The notes beneath the pieces are model-generated. The model ran no database searches and had not been told where the DNA came from. It saw only the letters and a list, made by a program, of their open reading frames with translations. From Hydrolagus colliei (Eukaryota), in assembly GCA_035084275.1 (NCBI GenBank), contig CM068752.1, positions 8,122,001 through 8,186,000 of the forward strand: a DNA stretch of 64,000 nucleotides. The letters run 5' to 3'. Below are positions 10,404 through 21,215 of the stretch, one piece after another. Numbering within the stretch: the first letter of the stretch is position 1; each line of letters begins with the position of its first letter. A program made the position numbers and the translations under genes.

Positions 10404-12866
10404 ATGGCGGATTCACGGAGCGGCTGGACATCCACATGCAAGGTCGTGCGTTTTATTTTCCTGCTTTGTATCTCGGACCTGACTTCCGCACAGATTCGCT
10501 ACTCGATTCCCGAGGAGCAGGAGCGCGGCGCCGCCGTTGGGAACATCGCGGAGGATTTGGGATTGAACAGCCCGGAATTGCCTGCTCGGAAATGTCGTCT
10601 CGTCTCTCAAGACGGAAAGCAATACTTCGGGATCAACATGGAGAACGGGATTTTATTTGTGAGTGAAAGAATCGACAGGGAGCAGCTATGTGGAGAGAGC
10701 TCCACCTGTGCCCTTTCCTTTGAGGTAAGAATCGAAAATCCTGCCGAGACACATCGTGTTGAAATAGAGATATCAGACATCAATGATAACCCACCCGCTT
10801 TCCCAAAGAGCGTGTTAGATTTGGAAATCGCCGAGTCAAACGCACCTGGAACGCGCTTCCCTCTCGAGAGCGCGCACGACCCCGACGTGGGGACGAACGC
10901 AGTCAACGATTATCAGCTCAGTTCAAATGAACACTTTGGGCTGAAAGTACAGACGAGAAGCAGCGGCAATAAAATTATCGAGTTGCTCTTAGAGAAGCCA
11001 TTGGATCGCGAACACCAGTCAACTTTTCATCTCATGTTAACTGCCTTTGATGGTGGAAGCCCAAAGAGATCAGGCACAGTTGAAATCACCATCACTATAG
11101 GGGACGCAAATGACAATGCGCCTGTGTTTGAGCACGAGATATACAGAACCGATTTATTGGAAAACGCACCCAAGGGTACTTTGGTGATCAAAGTCAATGC
11201 GGGTGATTCAGATCAAGGCACAAATGCCGAGCTGACATATTCTTTCAGTAAACACGCCTCACGACAAGTGCGACAGTTGTTCAGTGTGGACCCGGACACC
11301 GGCGAGATAAGAGTCCAAGGAGCGCTGGATTTTGAAAAGTCAAATGTTTATGAACTTGATGTGCAAGCGGTGGATCACGGCGCACCCAGGATGGCGGGGC
11401 ATTCCAGTGTTCTGGTCAGACTGACCGATGTGAACGACAACAGCCCCGAGATACAACTGACCTCAGTCTCCAACACGGTTGGGGAAGAGGCTGCCCCGGG
11501 GACAGTGATCGCTGCGATCAGTGTGACTGACCTTGATTCAGGCAAAAACGGGGAGATTCATTGTCAGATTTCCAGAAACGTTCCTTTTCAGCTTCAGATA
11601 TCCCCAGACAACCATTACAAGTTAGTGACAAGCGAGAGACTGGACCGTGAGAAGGTTGACAGATACAACATCAATATATTTGCGTGGGACTCGGGGTCTC
11701 CCCCTCTTTCTACGAACAAAACAATCAACGTATTAGTGTCTGATACCAACGATAACGCGCCCCGGTTTGAACAGCCCTCATACACCGCATATGTGATGGA
11801 GAATAACGCTCCGGGTGACTCCATTCTATCACTTACAGCTTTGGATCCCGATTCAGACCAGAATTCCTACGTCTCCTATTCCAACCTGGAGAATCACATA
11901 CAAGATTTTATGTCATTTCCTTATATCAGTGTTGACTCCAAAAGTGGGAACGTTTACGCGCTGCGATCCTTTGATTACGAGCAGCTCAAAAACTTTCAGT
12001 TCCAAGTCCAGGCGCGGGATTCCGGGTCCCCGCCACTGAGCAGCAGCGCCGCAGTGAATGTGATTATCTTGGATCAAAATGACAACGCTCCCGTGGTGGT
12101 TTCCCCTGCAACCCGGAACGGATCAGCAACTGTGGATCCGGTGCCTCAGTCGGCACCTGCAGGTTACTTGGTGACCAAAGTAATGGCGACTGATGCTGAT
12201 TCTGGTCAGAACGCACGGCTTTCATACCAACTAGTTAAAACTAGTGACTCCGGTCTATTCGCCGTGGGACTGCACTCTGGAGAAATTCGGTTAGTCCGAA
12301 GCATAGTTGACAATGATGCCCCCAATCAAAGTTGTGTCATTATCATTAAAGACAACGGACAACCTCGATTCTCTGCCACAGTGACCATCGGTTTCTCAAT
12401 CGTTGCTAATGTGACCAGAAACGATTTGAAACGCAGCAGCGTCCTGAACAAGACTGAACGTTTCTCTGACCTGAATCTGTATTTGATCATTCTCTTTGGC
12501 ACCACGTCGTTTCTGTTTCTGCTGATTATTATGATGCTGGTTGCCCTAAAATGTCACCAAGACAGTAGCATTGGTCGTGGGTATGATTCAGGCATCTGCT
12601 GTTACAGCAGAAATGAGTCAAGGGATCAGTTTACTCGGAGGTCAACTGCAAGAGAATCCGCGCATTATCCTGGAATGAGAGAAAGTGGCGCTATCCCTGA
12701 CATGTACAATTACAGATTTTCTCTCTCCCCCGAGTCAGCTAAAAGCGACTTTCTGTTTCTCAAAAGCTACAATTCCACCTTACCTCAGAGCGCCCTCAAG
12801 ATCACTGATACCAATGTGGTGAAGGAATTTGACCAGCAATTCAATTCGGCGGTGAAAGGGCAATGA
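10404..12866 (+). CDS. g3: clustered protocadherin (group A), 820 aa
   Basis: Intact ORF with SP-6EC-TM-tail. Confidence 0.95.
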   Translation: MADSRSGWTSTCKVVRFIFLLCISDLTSAQIRYSIPEEQERGAAVGNIAEDLGLNSPELPARKCRLVSQDGKQYFGINMENGILFVSERIDREQLCGESSTCALSFEVRIENPAETHRVEIEISDINDNPPAFPKSVLDLEIAESNAPGTRFPLESAHDPDVGTNAVNDYQLSSNEHFGLKVQTRSSGNKIIELLLEKPLDREHQSTFHLMLTAFDGGSPKRSGTVEITITIGDANDNAPVFEHEIYRTDLLENAPKGTLVIKVNAGDSDQGTNAELTYSFSKHASRQVRQLFSVDPDTGEIRVQGALDFEKSNVYELDVQAVDHGAPRMAGHSSVLVRLTDVNDNSPEIQLTSVSNTVGEEAAPGTVIAAISVTDLDSGKNGEIHCQISRNVPFQLQISPDNHYKLVTSERLDREKVDRYNINIFAWDSGSPPLSTNKTINVLVSDTNDNAPRFEQPSYTAYVMENNAPGDSILSLTALDPDSDQNSYVSYSNLENHIQDFMSFPYISVDSKSGNVYALRSFDYEQLKNFQFQVQARDSGSPPLSSSAAVNVIILDQNDNAPVVVSPATRNGSATVDPVPQSAPAGYLVTKVMATDADSGQNARLSYQLVKTSDSGLFAVGLHSGEIRLVRSIVDNDAPNQSCVIIIKDNGQPRFSATVTIGFSIVANVTRNDLKRSSVLNKTERFSDLNLYLIILFGTTSFLFLLIIMMLVALKCHQDSSIGRGYDSGICCYSRNESRDQFTRRSTARESAHYPGMRESGAIPDMYNYRFSLSPESAKSDFLFLKSYNSTLPQSALKITDTNVVKEFDQQFNSAVKGQ

Positions 12867-14435
12867 CTTCCCTTGAGAAGGTGAGGCATTCAATTTAAAA
12901 TCGGGCTGACCATTGGTGCAGAGAAGCACAGAACTAATGTGACAGATACGGATAGAGCCATGGAGCAAATACATATAGACGTATATATATATGTACAATC
13001 ATTATTGGAAAGTGAATATTATACTTAACAAAGTGAGTATAATACAGAAATATGTTATCTATTTTAAGCGGGCAATTCAATCGACAAGCACTCCAAGGTC
13101 AGATCTAGACAGCAGTTAGCTCGACTTCAGTTTAAATACTTTGAGGTGAACACTTTCAAATTGTGGTTAGAAAATCAGAATATTATATTATTATCTGCAG
13201 GACTGTCCAGGTACCAGACTCGGTGTTTGCTTTCACCACAACATTTTAACTGATTGAGGATTAGAACAACAACAGCAAATTACACTTGTTTACTGCCCTT
13301 CCTGTGGAAAGGTGTCGCTGGGTGCTGGACAATACAATCTAAAGCATTAAGAAATAACAGTGAATTTTGCATTCCTACATTTTCGATATATTCCTGCCAG
13401 CTTGTAGCCACCCTCAATTGTTTGAGCATCAAGTCATCAGTTCCCATCCCAAATTTTATACAACCTATTAAGAAAGAAACTCTAACGTTGTATCTCAAAT
13501 TATATTTAGGTACATTTGCAGGTAGGGTTCTGCCACCAACATTTGGCTAGTGAACATTCACAACACTTTTGCAATAGATAGTTTGCTCATTTCCCCTGGA
13601 CATTTCTTACCCCATTTCCCAACATTTTACTAACAACCTAATTTCCCTCTCTTGCAGGAGAAGAAACCATATCAATCAAGAAAGTGTTCTCGTATCTATC
13701 TGCTCCAGAGGATTTATGTGGACCTTGTGTTTTTTTTCCAATATTCTCTCAACCCTCACGTACCTTCACTGGGTTTGACTTAGTATCTTTACAAAACACA
13801 TTCTGATTTCTTATAGCATGAAGTTTATTGTGTATTGCTGTCCCAAACTCTCTAGAATTACACAAGGGAATGTCAGTATTTCTAACCGAATATTTACCAA
13901 ATAATGCCATTTCAATAAATCAGTTTGTTTTGTTCATATTCGCAGTGTGGATGTCTCTAACTATCTTGATAAACATTAGGCGTAATTCGGGGATACCAGA
14001 GAGTGTTTTGGAGGTACTTCTGAGGTTTAATCAGATAAGAAAGCAGGTGGCTTGCCAGCGGGCACACTGCCTAGTGAGCTTGTTTCTGTTGTCAGATGAG
14101 AGAATCCTACCATTTAGGCCTTCAGCTTTGCAAGGATCACAGGAGTTGAGTGAGAAGCGTTAGGGTGCGTTAATGCCCCCAATCACTACGGTGTGACAAT
14201 AAAGTCATCCAAATCTTAAGATATTTATTTAATTCGAATACAAGGAACTAGTTAGATGGATTCCAACCGCCTATTTATACCAGCAGAAAAGCTGGTAAAG
14301 CTCACCAGAAGCATAACCATGGAGTTTCTGCCATAGTCACACAAAGCGATCAAATGTTTGGAGATATTTTCTTTTGAGCCACAAACAAAGAAGGTTTATT
14401 GGTTCATTGGTAGGTATTATGACTTGCCTGCAATT

Positions 14436-14504
14436 CAGCTTTAAGTAAAGCTCAATGCAGTTATTGGTTGAGGCTCTTCGTGTCGCTGTCTACCAATAAG
14501 GAGC
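14436..14504 (+). promoter_or_regulatory. CSE/CGCT-box promoter element of g4
   Basis: CAGCTTTAAG..TGCAGTTATTGG..CGTGTCGCTGTCTACCAATAAGGAGC. Confidence 0.85.
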
Positions 14505-14770
14505 TTCCACGTTGAAGAGATCTACCCTTTCCCCATCCCCCATCATAAAAAGCAGATCAGACGCGCAGAGAAAGACACAGAGTGCCTGCGTTTGGGAAGA
14601 GTAGCCATGTTCAGAGAGGCAGAACTCGATTTATTTCAATGCTAGTATTTGATATTGATGCATATACGCATTCATCTACCCGCATATTGTTCTCACAAAT
14701 AACTGGGTGTAAGTAAAAAAAACATTTTGTTTAATATAACGGAGCACCTGGAAATTTAAAAACCACAACA

Positions 14771-17176
14771 ATGGCGAGCGCGCTCAGCTGCAGCCAGTCT
14801 CTCGTTTTGCTGCTTGTGCTCTGGGAACTTGTATCCGGCCAAATACACTACTCTGTTCCCGAGGAGACGGAACACGGCGCCTTTGTGGGGAACCTTGTGG
14901 AAGATTTAGGACTAAACGTTCGGGTGTTGGCGGATCGCAAATTCCGCCTGGTCTCCGGTGACAGAAAGCTGTATCTGAAGGTAAATTTTGACAACGGTTT
15001 TTTGTTTGTGAATGAAAGAATCGATAGGGAACAGCTATGTGGGCAAAGCTCTAGCTGCTCGCTTTCCTTTGAAGTCACGGTTGAGACTCCCATGGAATTA
15101 CATCGCGTGGAAGTGGAGATAGTGGACATAAATGATAATTCTCCCGGTTTTCTGAAAGGAGCTACCGACTTGGAGATCAGTGAATTAATTCTTCCGGGAG
15201 CGCGTTTTCCCCTCGAGAGCGCGCACGACCCGGACGTGGGCATCAACACAATCAGCTCTTATCAGATTAGTTCGAACGAATTCTTCGGGCTCAACGTACA
15301 GGCGAGAAATGATGGTACTAAAATTGTCGACTTATTGTTGGAAAAAGCTTTGGATCGGGAGCAACAGCCATCTCTTCAGCTGATCCTGACGGCAATTGAT
15401 GGTGGGAACCCGCACAGATCTGGCACCGCTGAGATTAGTATCACTGTACTGGATGCCAACGATAATGCACCTGTATTCAATCATGAAATCTACAGGGCAA
15501 ACGTTCCAGAAAACGCATCTAAAGGGACGTTAGTAACACAAATTAGTGCCGTCGATTCGGACGCGGGTACAAATGCTGGGATAACATATACCTTCTCCAA
15601 ACATTCCGCCGAAAGGGGGCGCGAGCTTTTCAGATTGGATTCTGAAACTGGTGAGATAATAGTGCAAGGAATTCTGGATTTTGAGGAAGCCAGTGTTTAC
15701 GAAATTTATGTACAAGCGACAGACAACGGCACACCTCCCATGACCGGTCATGCCAAAGCTATTGTCAAACTAATCGACGTGAATGATAACGCCCCTGAGA
15801 TAAAATTAAGTTCAGTCACCAACATGATTCCGGAAGATGCCATACCCGGGACTATGGTGGCTGCTATAACTGTTAGCGATGTAGATTCTGGAGAAAACGG
15901 ACAGGTCCGTTGCCAGATCACTACAAATATTCCATTTAAACTTCACAACATTCCAATCAATCAATACACATTGACTGTGGGTGACAAGTTGGACCGCGAA
16001 AAGCAATCTTCATACAACATCTCCATTCTAGCCTGGGATGGAGGAACCCCACCGCTGTCAGCAAACAGAACTATGTTGGTGACGGTGTCTGATGTGAATG
16101 ACAACGCCCCAGAGTTCACCCAATCTTCCTATAACGTTTACCTGATGGAGAACAATACTCCCGGGGCTTCCATATTTGCAGTGACCGCTTTAGATCCCGA
16201 TGTGGATCTGAATGGGGAAGTCTCCTATTCTGTTGTGGAGAACCAGATCCAAGACGTGTCAGCCACCGCTTATATCAGTATCAGCTCCAACAGCGGGAAC
16301 ATTTATGCGCTGCGCTCCTTTGACTACGAGCAACTGAAGCATTTCCAGATCAAAGTTCAAGCCCAGGATGGCGGGTCTCCCCCAATGAGCAGTGTTGCCC
16401 TCGTGAATGTTATAATCCTGGATCAAAATGACAATGCGCCATTTATTGTTTCACCTGTAACACGGAATAACTCAACAGCGGTTGAGATACCACTGCGGTC
16501 AACATTCCCAGGTTATTTAGTCACTAAGGTGTTGGTCACTGATGCAGATTCTGGTCAGAACGCACGGCTCTCCTATCAGCTGTTGGACGCCACTGATCCC
16601 AGTGTGTTCAGTGTGGGGCTGCTCACTGGGGAGATCAGAATACTGAGAAGGTTGTTGGAGGAAGACGCCCCAACACAAAGTCTGGTCATTTTGGTGAAGG
16701 ACAAAGGACAGCCCAGCCTGTCCAGCACGGCCACTCTTCTCTTCTCACTCCTCTCCAATGTCACTGACATTGTGTCTGAACCAGGTGACCGAACCAACAT
16801 TCGAGAGATTTTTTCGCATTTAAATCTTTATGCAATCGTCGGTTTGGGATCAACATCCGTTTTATTTCTTGTCACTATAATTCTGTTGGTTGCCATCAAG
16901 TGTAAACAAGACAGAAATAGCAGCGAAGGATACAGCTCAACAGTTTGTTGTTGTTTGGGTCAGGGAATTACTGAGGATAATTTGAAACGAAGGCCTGCAC
17001 CACGTCAAGCTGTAAATTATTCTGGAGTTGGAGCTGAACCTTACCATTACAGTATTTGCTTATCGCCAGAGTCATCCAAGAGCGAATTTCTGTACCTAAA
17101 GCCCTACACTGCCACACTGCCCTACAGTGATATCAGTGTTAACAATACAACCGCCAGACACGAATTTAAACAGTAA
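14771..17176 (+). CDS. g4: clustered protocadherin (group B), 801 aa
   Basis: Intact ORF; ends ...VNNTTARHEFKQ* like the other group B genes. Confidence 0.95.
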   Translation: MASALSCSQSLVLLLVLWELVSGQIHYSVPEETEHGAFVGNLVEDLGLNVRVLADRKFRLVSGDRKLYLKVNFDNGFLFVNERIDREQLCGQSSSCSLSFEVTVETPMELHRVEVEIVDINDNSPGFLKGATDLEISELILPGARFPLESAHDPDVGINTISSYQISSNEFFGLNVQARNDGTKIVDLLLEKALDREQQPSLQLILTAIDGGNPHRSGTAEISITVLDANDNAPVFNHEIYRANVPENASKGTLVTQISAVDSDAGTNAGITYTFSKHSAERGRELFRLDSETGEIIVQGILDFEEASVYEIYVQATDNGTPPMTGHAKAIVKLIDVNDNAPEIKLSSVTNMIPEDAIPGTMVAAITVSDVDSGENGQVRCQITTNIPFKLHNIPINQYTLTVGDKLDREKQSSYNISILAWDGGTPPLSANRTMLVTVSDVNDNAPEFTQSSYNVYLMENNTPGASIFAVTALDPDVDLNGEVSYSVVENQIQDVSATAYISISSNSGNIYALRSFDYEQLKHFQIKVQAQDGGSPPMSSVALVNVIILDQNDNAPFIVSPVTRNNSTAVEIPLRSTFPGYLVTKVLVTDADSGQNARLSYQLLDATDPSVFSVGLLTGEIRILRRLLEEDAPTQSLVILVKDKGQPSLSSTATLLFSLLSNVTDIVSEPGDRTNIREIFSHLNLYAIVGLGSTSVLFLVTIILLVAIKCKQDRNSSEGYSSTVCCCLGQGITEDNLKRRPAPRQAVNYSGVGAEPYHYSICLSPESSKSEFLYLKPYTATLPYSDISVNNTTARHEFKQ

Positions 17177-17698
17177 ATTGTTCATGAAAGTGACCGCTGT
17201 TTACTACCGCTAACCAAAAATCATATTCATGGTAACTTGGTGTGAGTTTGGGCGCGCGTAAAGTGCAGCCTAATACTGATACCTGTTTTAGTGGTCGTAA
17301 CATCTTTATTATTCCTACTGTTCGTACAAGTGCTGTGAATAGTATTATAAACCGATATTGATTAGCATTGTAAATGCTTTACATTGAATGTGGATATTGT
17401 TAACCTGATGGAAAGCTGTGTTAACCAGCTTTGTACATGCCACAGTTTACTCGCATGCTATAACTTCGAGGTTGAATACCTGACATGAGATTTCAAAAAT
17501 ACCGAGTAATTGGAGAGCAGTGTGTTCAGGAATATCGATGACTATTAGTAAGTGTTTATATATTGATATAAATCAGCCCTCAAACTTTGCTCTATATTTA
17601 AGTAGTGTTATTACATTTCTCGCTCACATTGTAAAATAAGTAGCAAATTCTGTACGAGAGAAAAACGTTTTTTTGATCATATAATAAATAAATACCAG

Positions 17699-17769
17699 TC
17701 TAGCTTTAAGGACAGTGTAATGTAGTTATTGGTTGGGACTCTTCGTGTCGCTGTATACCAATGAGGAGC
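17699..17769 (+). promoter_or_regulatory. CSE/CGCT-box promoter element of g5
   Basis: TCTAGCTTTAAG..TGTAGTTATTGG..CGTGTCGCTGTATACCAATGAGGAGC. Confidence 0.85.
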
Positions 17770-18005
17770 CGAGACGTTGGCGGCGATCTACCCCCCTCCC
17801 CCACCACAAACGGCTGAAGAGAATCGCAGGGAAACACCACAACAGTGCCTGCGTTTGCGCCGCGGATACATCGTCAGAAAGGCAATTCTAGCGGAGTTCA
17901 ATGCTTCACATTAATATCCGTTTTATATCGCGTGAAAATATATATGTGTAGCTGAAGAAGAAGCTCAAACGCTGTTGGGAACAAAGAAAATCGCAACGAG
18001 GAAGA

Positions 18006-20402
18006 ATGGCGAATGCGCTCAGCTGCGGCCCGTTCTTCATTTTGCTGTTGTTTGTCTCGGACCTGGTATCTGGGCAAATTCACTACTCGATTCCCGAGGA
18101 ACTGGAGCAAGGCGCCTTTGTTGGGAATATTGTCATAGATTTAGGATTAAACGTTGGTAAATTGTCGGCACGCAAGTTCCGGCTGGTGTCTGATGATAGC
18201 CATCAGTATTTGAAAGTAAATTTCGAAAATGGGATTTTATTTGTGAATAAAAGAATCGACAGAGAAGAGCTGTGTGGACAGAGACCGACCTGTTCCCTGT
18301 CCTTTGAAGCAGCGGTTGATAATCCTTTGGAAATGCATCCTATTGAGGTAGAGATTGTGGATATTAATGATAATTCCCCTACATTTCGGAGGAGAGAATT
18401 TTCCTTGCAAGTGAGTGAATTGATTGCGCCAGGAGCGAGCTTCCCTCTCGAGAGCGCGCATGACTCAGATGTGGGTACGAACACAATCAGTTCTTACCAG
18501 ATCAGTCCTAACGATTATTTCGGCCTGAAGGTGCAGACGAGAAACGATGGTAGTAAAATTGTGGAGTTATTGTTAGAGAAGGCTTTGGATCGCGAATTGG
18601 CGTCAAAATTTCAGCTCGTCCTTACAGCCGTTGATGGTGGCAACCCTCAGAGATCTGGCACAGCTGAGATAAGTATTGCAGTTCTAGACATTAATGACAA
18701 TGCACCTGTTTTCGATCATGAGATGTACAGGGCAAATGTACTTGAAAATGCATCGAATGCGACGCTCGTGATTCAAATAAACGCAGTTGATTTAGACGAG
18801 GGCTCAGCTGCTGCAATAAAATATAGCTTTTCCAGTCATTCATCCGAAAGGGGGCGCGAGCATTTCAAGTTGGAATCGGAAACTGGTGAGATAAAAGTTC
18901 GCGGAGTACTGGATTATGAGGCGTCAAATGTTTATGAGCTTTATGTACAAGCCACAGACAATGGTGTTCCTCCCATGGTAGGACATGCCAAAGTGGTCAT
19001 CAAAGTAACAGATGTGAACGACAATACACCAGAGATAAAACTAAGCTCGATAGCACGTGTAGTTCCCGAGGATGCTGCATTGGGAACTGTGGTTGCTTTG
19101 ATAAGTGTATCAGATCGAGATTCTGCAGAAAACGGACAGGTTCGCTGTACTGTACCAATAAACATTCCATTCAAATTTCAAACGTTTCCAAACAACCAGT
19201 ACAAGTTGGTTGTGGGCGAGGCGTTGGATCGAGAGAGAGAATCCTCGTACAACATCTCCATTCTAGCCTGGGATGGAGGAACCCCACCGCTGTCAGCAAA
19301 CAGGACTATGTTGGTGACGGTTTCTGATGTGAATGACAACGCCCCAGAGTTCATCCAATCTTCCTATAACGTTTACCTGATGGAGAACAACACTCCCGGG
19401 GCCTCCATAGCTGCAGTGACCGCTTTAGACCCCGATGTGGACCAGAATGGGGAAGTCTCCTATTCTGTGGTGGAGAACCAGATCCAAGACGTGGCAGGCA
19501 CCGCTTACATCAGTATCAGCTCCAACAGCGGGAACATTTACGCGCTGGGCTCATTTGACTACGAACAACTGAAGCATTTCCAGATCAAGGTTCAAGCCCA
19601 GGATGGCGGGTCTCCCCCAATGAGCAGTGTTGCCCTCGTGAATGTTATAATCCTGGATCAAAATGACAATGCGCCATTTATTGTAACACGGAATAACTCA
19701 ACAGCGGTGGAGATACCACTGCGGTCAACATTCCCAGGTTATTTAGTCACTAAGGTGTTGGGCACTGATGCAGATTCTGGTCAGAACGCACGGCTCTCCT
19801 ATCAGCTGTTGGACGCCACTGATCCCAGTGTGTTCAGTGTGGGGCTGCTCACTGGGGAGATCAGAACACTGAGAAGGTTGTTGGAGGAAGACGCCCCAAC
19901 ACAAAGTCTGGTCATTTTGGTGAAGGACAATGGACAGCCCAGCCTGTCCAGCACGGCCACTCTCCTCTTCTCACTCCTCTCCAATGTCACTGACATTGTA
20001 TCTGAAGCAGGTGACCGAACTAAAATTCGAGAGCATTTTTCGCATCTAAATCTTTATGCAATCGTCGGTTTAGGATCAACGTCCTTTGTATTACTTGCCA
20101 CTATAATACTGTTGGTTGCTATCAAGTGTAAACAAGACAGAAACATCACCGAAGAATACAGCTCAACAGTTTGTTGTTGTTCGGGTCAGGGAATTACTGA
20201 GGATAATTTTAAACGAAGGCCTGCACCACATCAAGCTGTAAATTATTCTGGAGTTGGAGCTGAACCTTACCATTACAGTATTTGCTTATCGCCAGAGTCA
20301 TCGAAGAGTGAATTTCTGTATCTGAAGCCCTACACTGCCACCTTGCCCTACAGTGATGTCGGTGTTAACAACACAACCGCCAGACACGAATTTAAACAGT
20401 AA
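18006..20402 (+). CDS. g5: clustered protocadherin (group B), 798 aa
   Basis: Intact ORF; 3-codon deletion at the EC5/EC6 boundary relative to paralogs. Confidence 0.95.
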   Translation: MANALSCGPFFILLLFVSDLVSGQIHYSIPEELEQGAFVGNIVIDLGLNVGKLSARKFRLVSDDSHQYLKVNFENGILFVNKRIDREELCGQRPTCSLSFEAAVDNPLEMHPIEVEIVDINDNSPTFRRREFSLQVSELIAPGASFPLESAHDSDVGTNTISSYQISPNDYFGLKVQTRNDGSKIVELLLEKALDRELASKFQLVLTAVDGGNPQRSGTAEISIAVLDINDNAPVFDHEMYRANVLENASNATLVIQINAVDLDEGSAAAIKYSFSSHSSERGREHFKLESETGEIKVRGVLDYEASNVYELYVQATDNGVPPMVGHAKVVIKVTDVNDNTPEIKLSSIARVVPEDAALGTVVALISVSDRDSAENGQVRCTVPINIPFKFQTFPNNQYKLVVGEALDRERESSYNISILAWDGGTPPLSANRTMLVTVSDVNDNAPEFIQSSYNVYLMENNTPGASIAAVTALDPDVDQNGEVSYSVVENQIQDVAGTAYISISSNSGNIYALGSFDYEQLKHFQIKVQAQDGGSPPMSSVALVNVIILDQNDNAPFIVTRNNSTAVEIPLRSTFPGYLVTKVLGTDADSGQNARLSYQLLDATDPSVFSVGLLTGEIRTLRRLLEEDAPTQSLVILVKDNGQPSLSSTATLLFSLLSNVTDIVSEAGDRTKIREHFSHLNLYAIVGLGSTSFVLLATIILLVAIKCKQDRNITEEYSSTVCCCSGQGITEDNFKRRPAPHQAVNYSGVGAEPYHYSICLSPESSKSEFLYLKPYTATLPYSDVGVNNTTARHEFKQ

Positions 20403-20908
20403 ATTGTTATTGGAAGTGACCGCTGTTTACTTCCACTAAACGAAAATATTTTTTGTGGTAACTTGGTATAAGTTTGGGCGCGCGTAAAGAGCAGCCTGTT
20501 ACTGATACCTGTTTTGGTGGTCGTATAATCTTTATTATTCCTACTGTGCGGATGAGTGCTGTCAATATTAGTATCAACCGATACTGCTTGGCATTTTCAA
20601 TGCTTTCTGTTGTGTGTGAATTCTGTTAACCTGACTCAAAGCTGTTTTTCGCAAATATTGTATGCTACCGTTTACTCGCGTGTTACAACTTCGAAGTTGA
20701 ATATCTGACATGAGATAGAAAATACGAGTAATGGAAAGCAGCTTGTTTCAGGAATATCGATGACTAATAATAATTGCATATCACTTGGTATAACGCTCAA
20801 ACTTTACTTTTATGCTTAAGTAGTGTTATTACATTCGTATTCACATAGTAAAGTAAATAGGAAATCGTTTGCGTGAGAGATTTGTTTTGCTAACATAATA
20901 AATATCAG

Positions 20909-20979
20909 TCTAGCTTTAACAAAAGTGTAATGTAGTTATTGGTCGGGACTCTTCGTGTCGCTGTGTACCAATGAGGAGC
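20909..20979 (+). promoter_or_regulatory. CSE/CGCT-box promoter element of g6
   Basis: TCTAGCTTTAAC..TGTAGTTATTGG..CGTGTCGCTGTGTACCAATGAGGAGC. Confidence 0.85.
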
Positions 20980-21215
20980 CGAGACGTTGGCGGCGATCTA
21001 CCCCCCTCCCCACCAAAAAAGGCTGAAGAGAATCGCAGCGAAACACCACAACAGTGCCTGCGTTTGCGCCGCCGAGACATCTTCAGAAAGGCAGATCTAG
21101 CGGAGTTCAAGGTTTCACACTAACATCAGTATTTTATCTAGTGGAAGCATACATTTTGTAGTTGGACAAGAAGCTCAAACGCTGTTGAGAACAAAGAAAA
21201 TCGTAACGAGGAAGA

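Noticed and set aside
13266-13330. Orphan GTGTCGCTG (CGCT box) with no gene behind it
   Set aside because: It lacks the ATTGG, CCAAT and GCTTTAAG modules and lies in what looks like a decayed minus-strand LINE/SINE tail (AACAACAAC...); probably coincidental.
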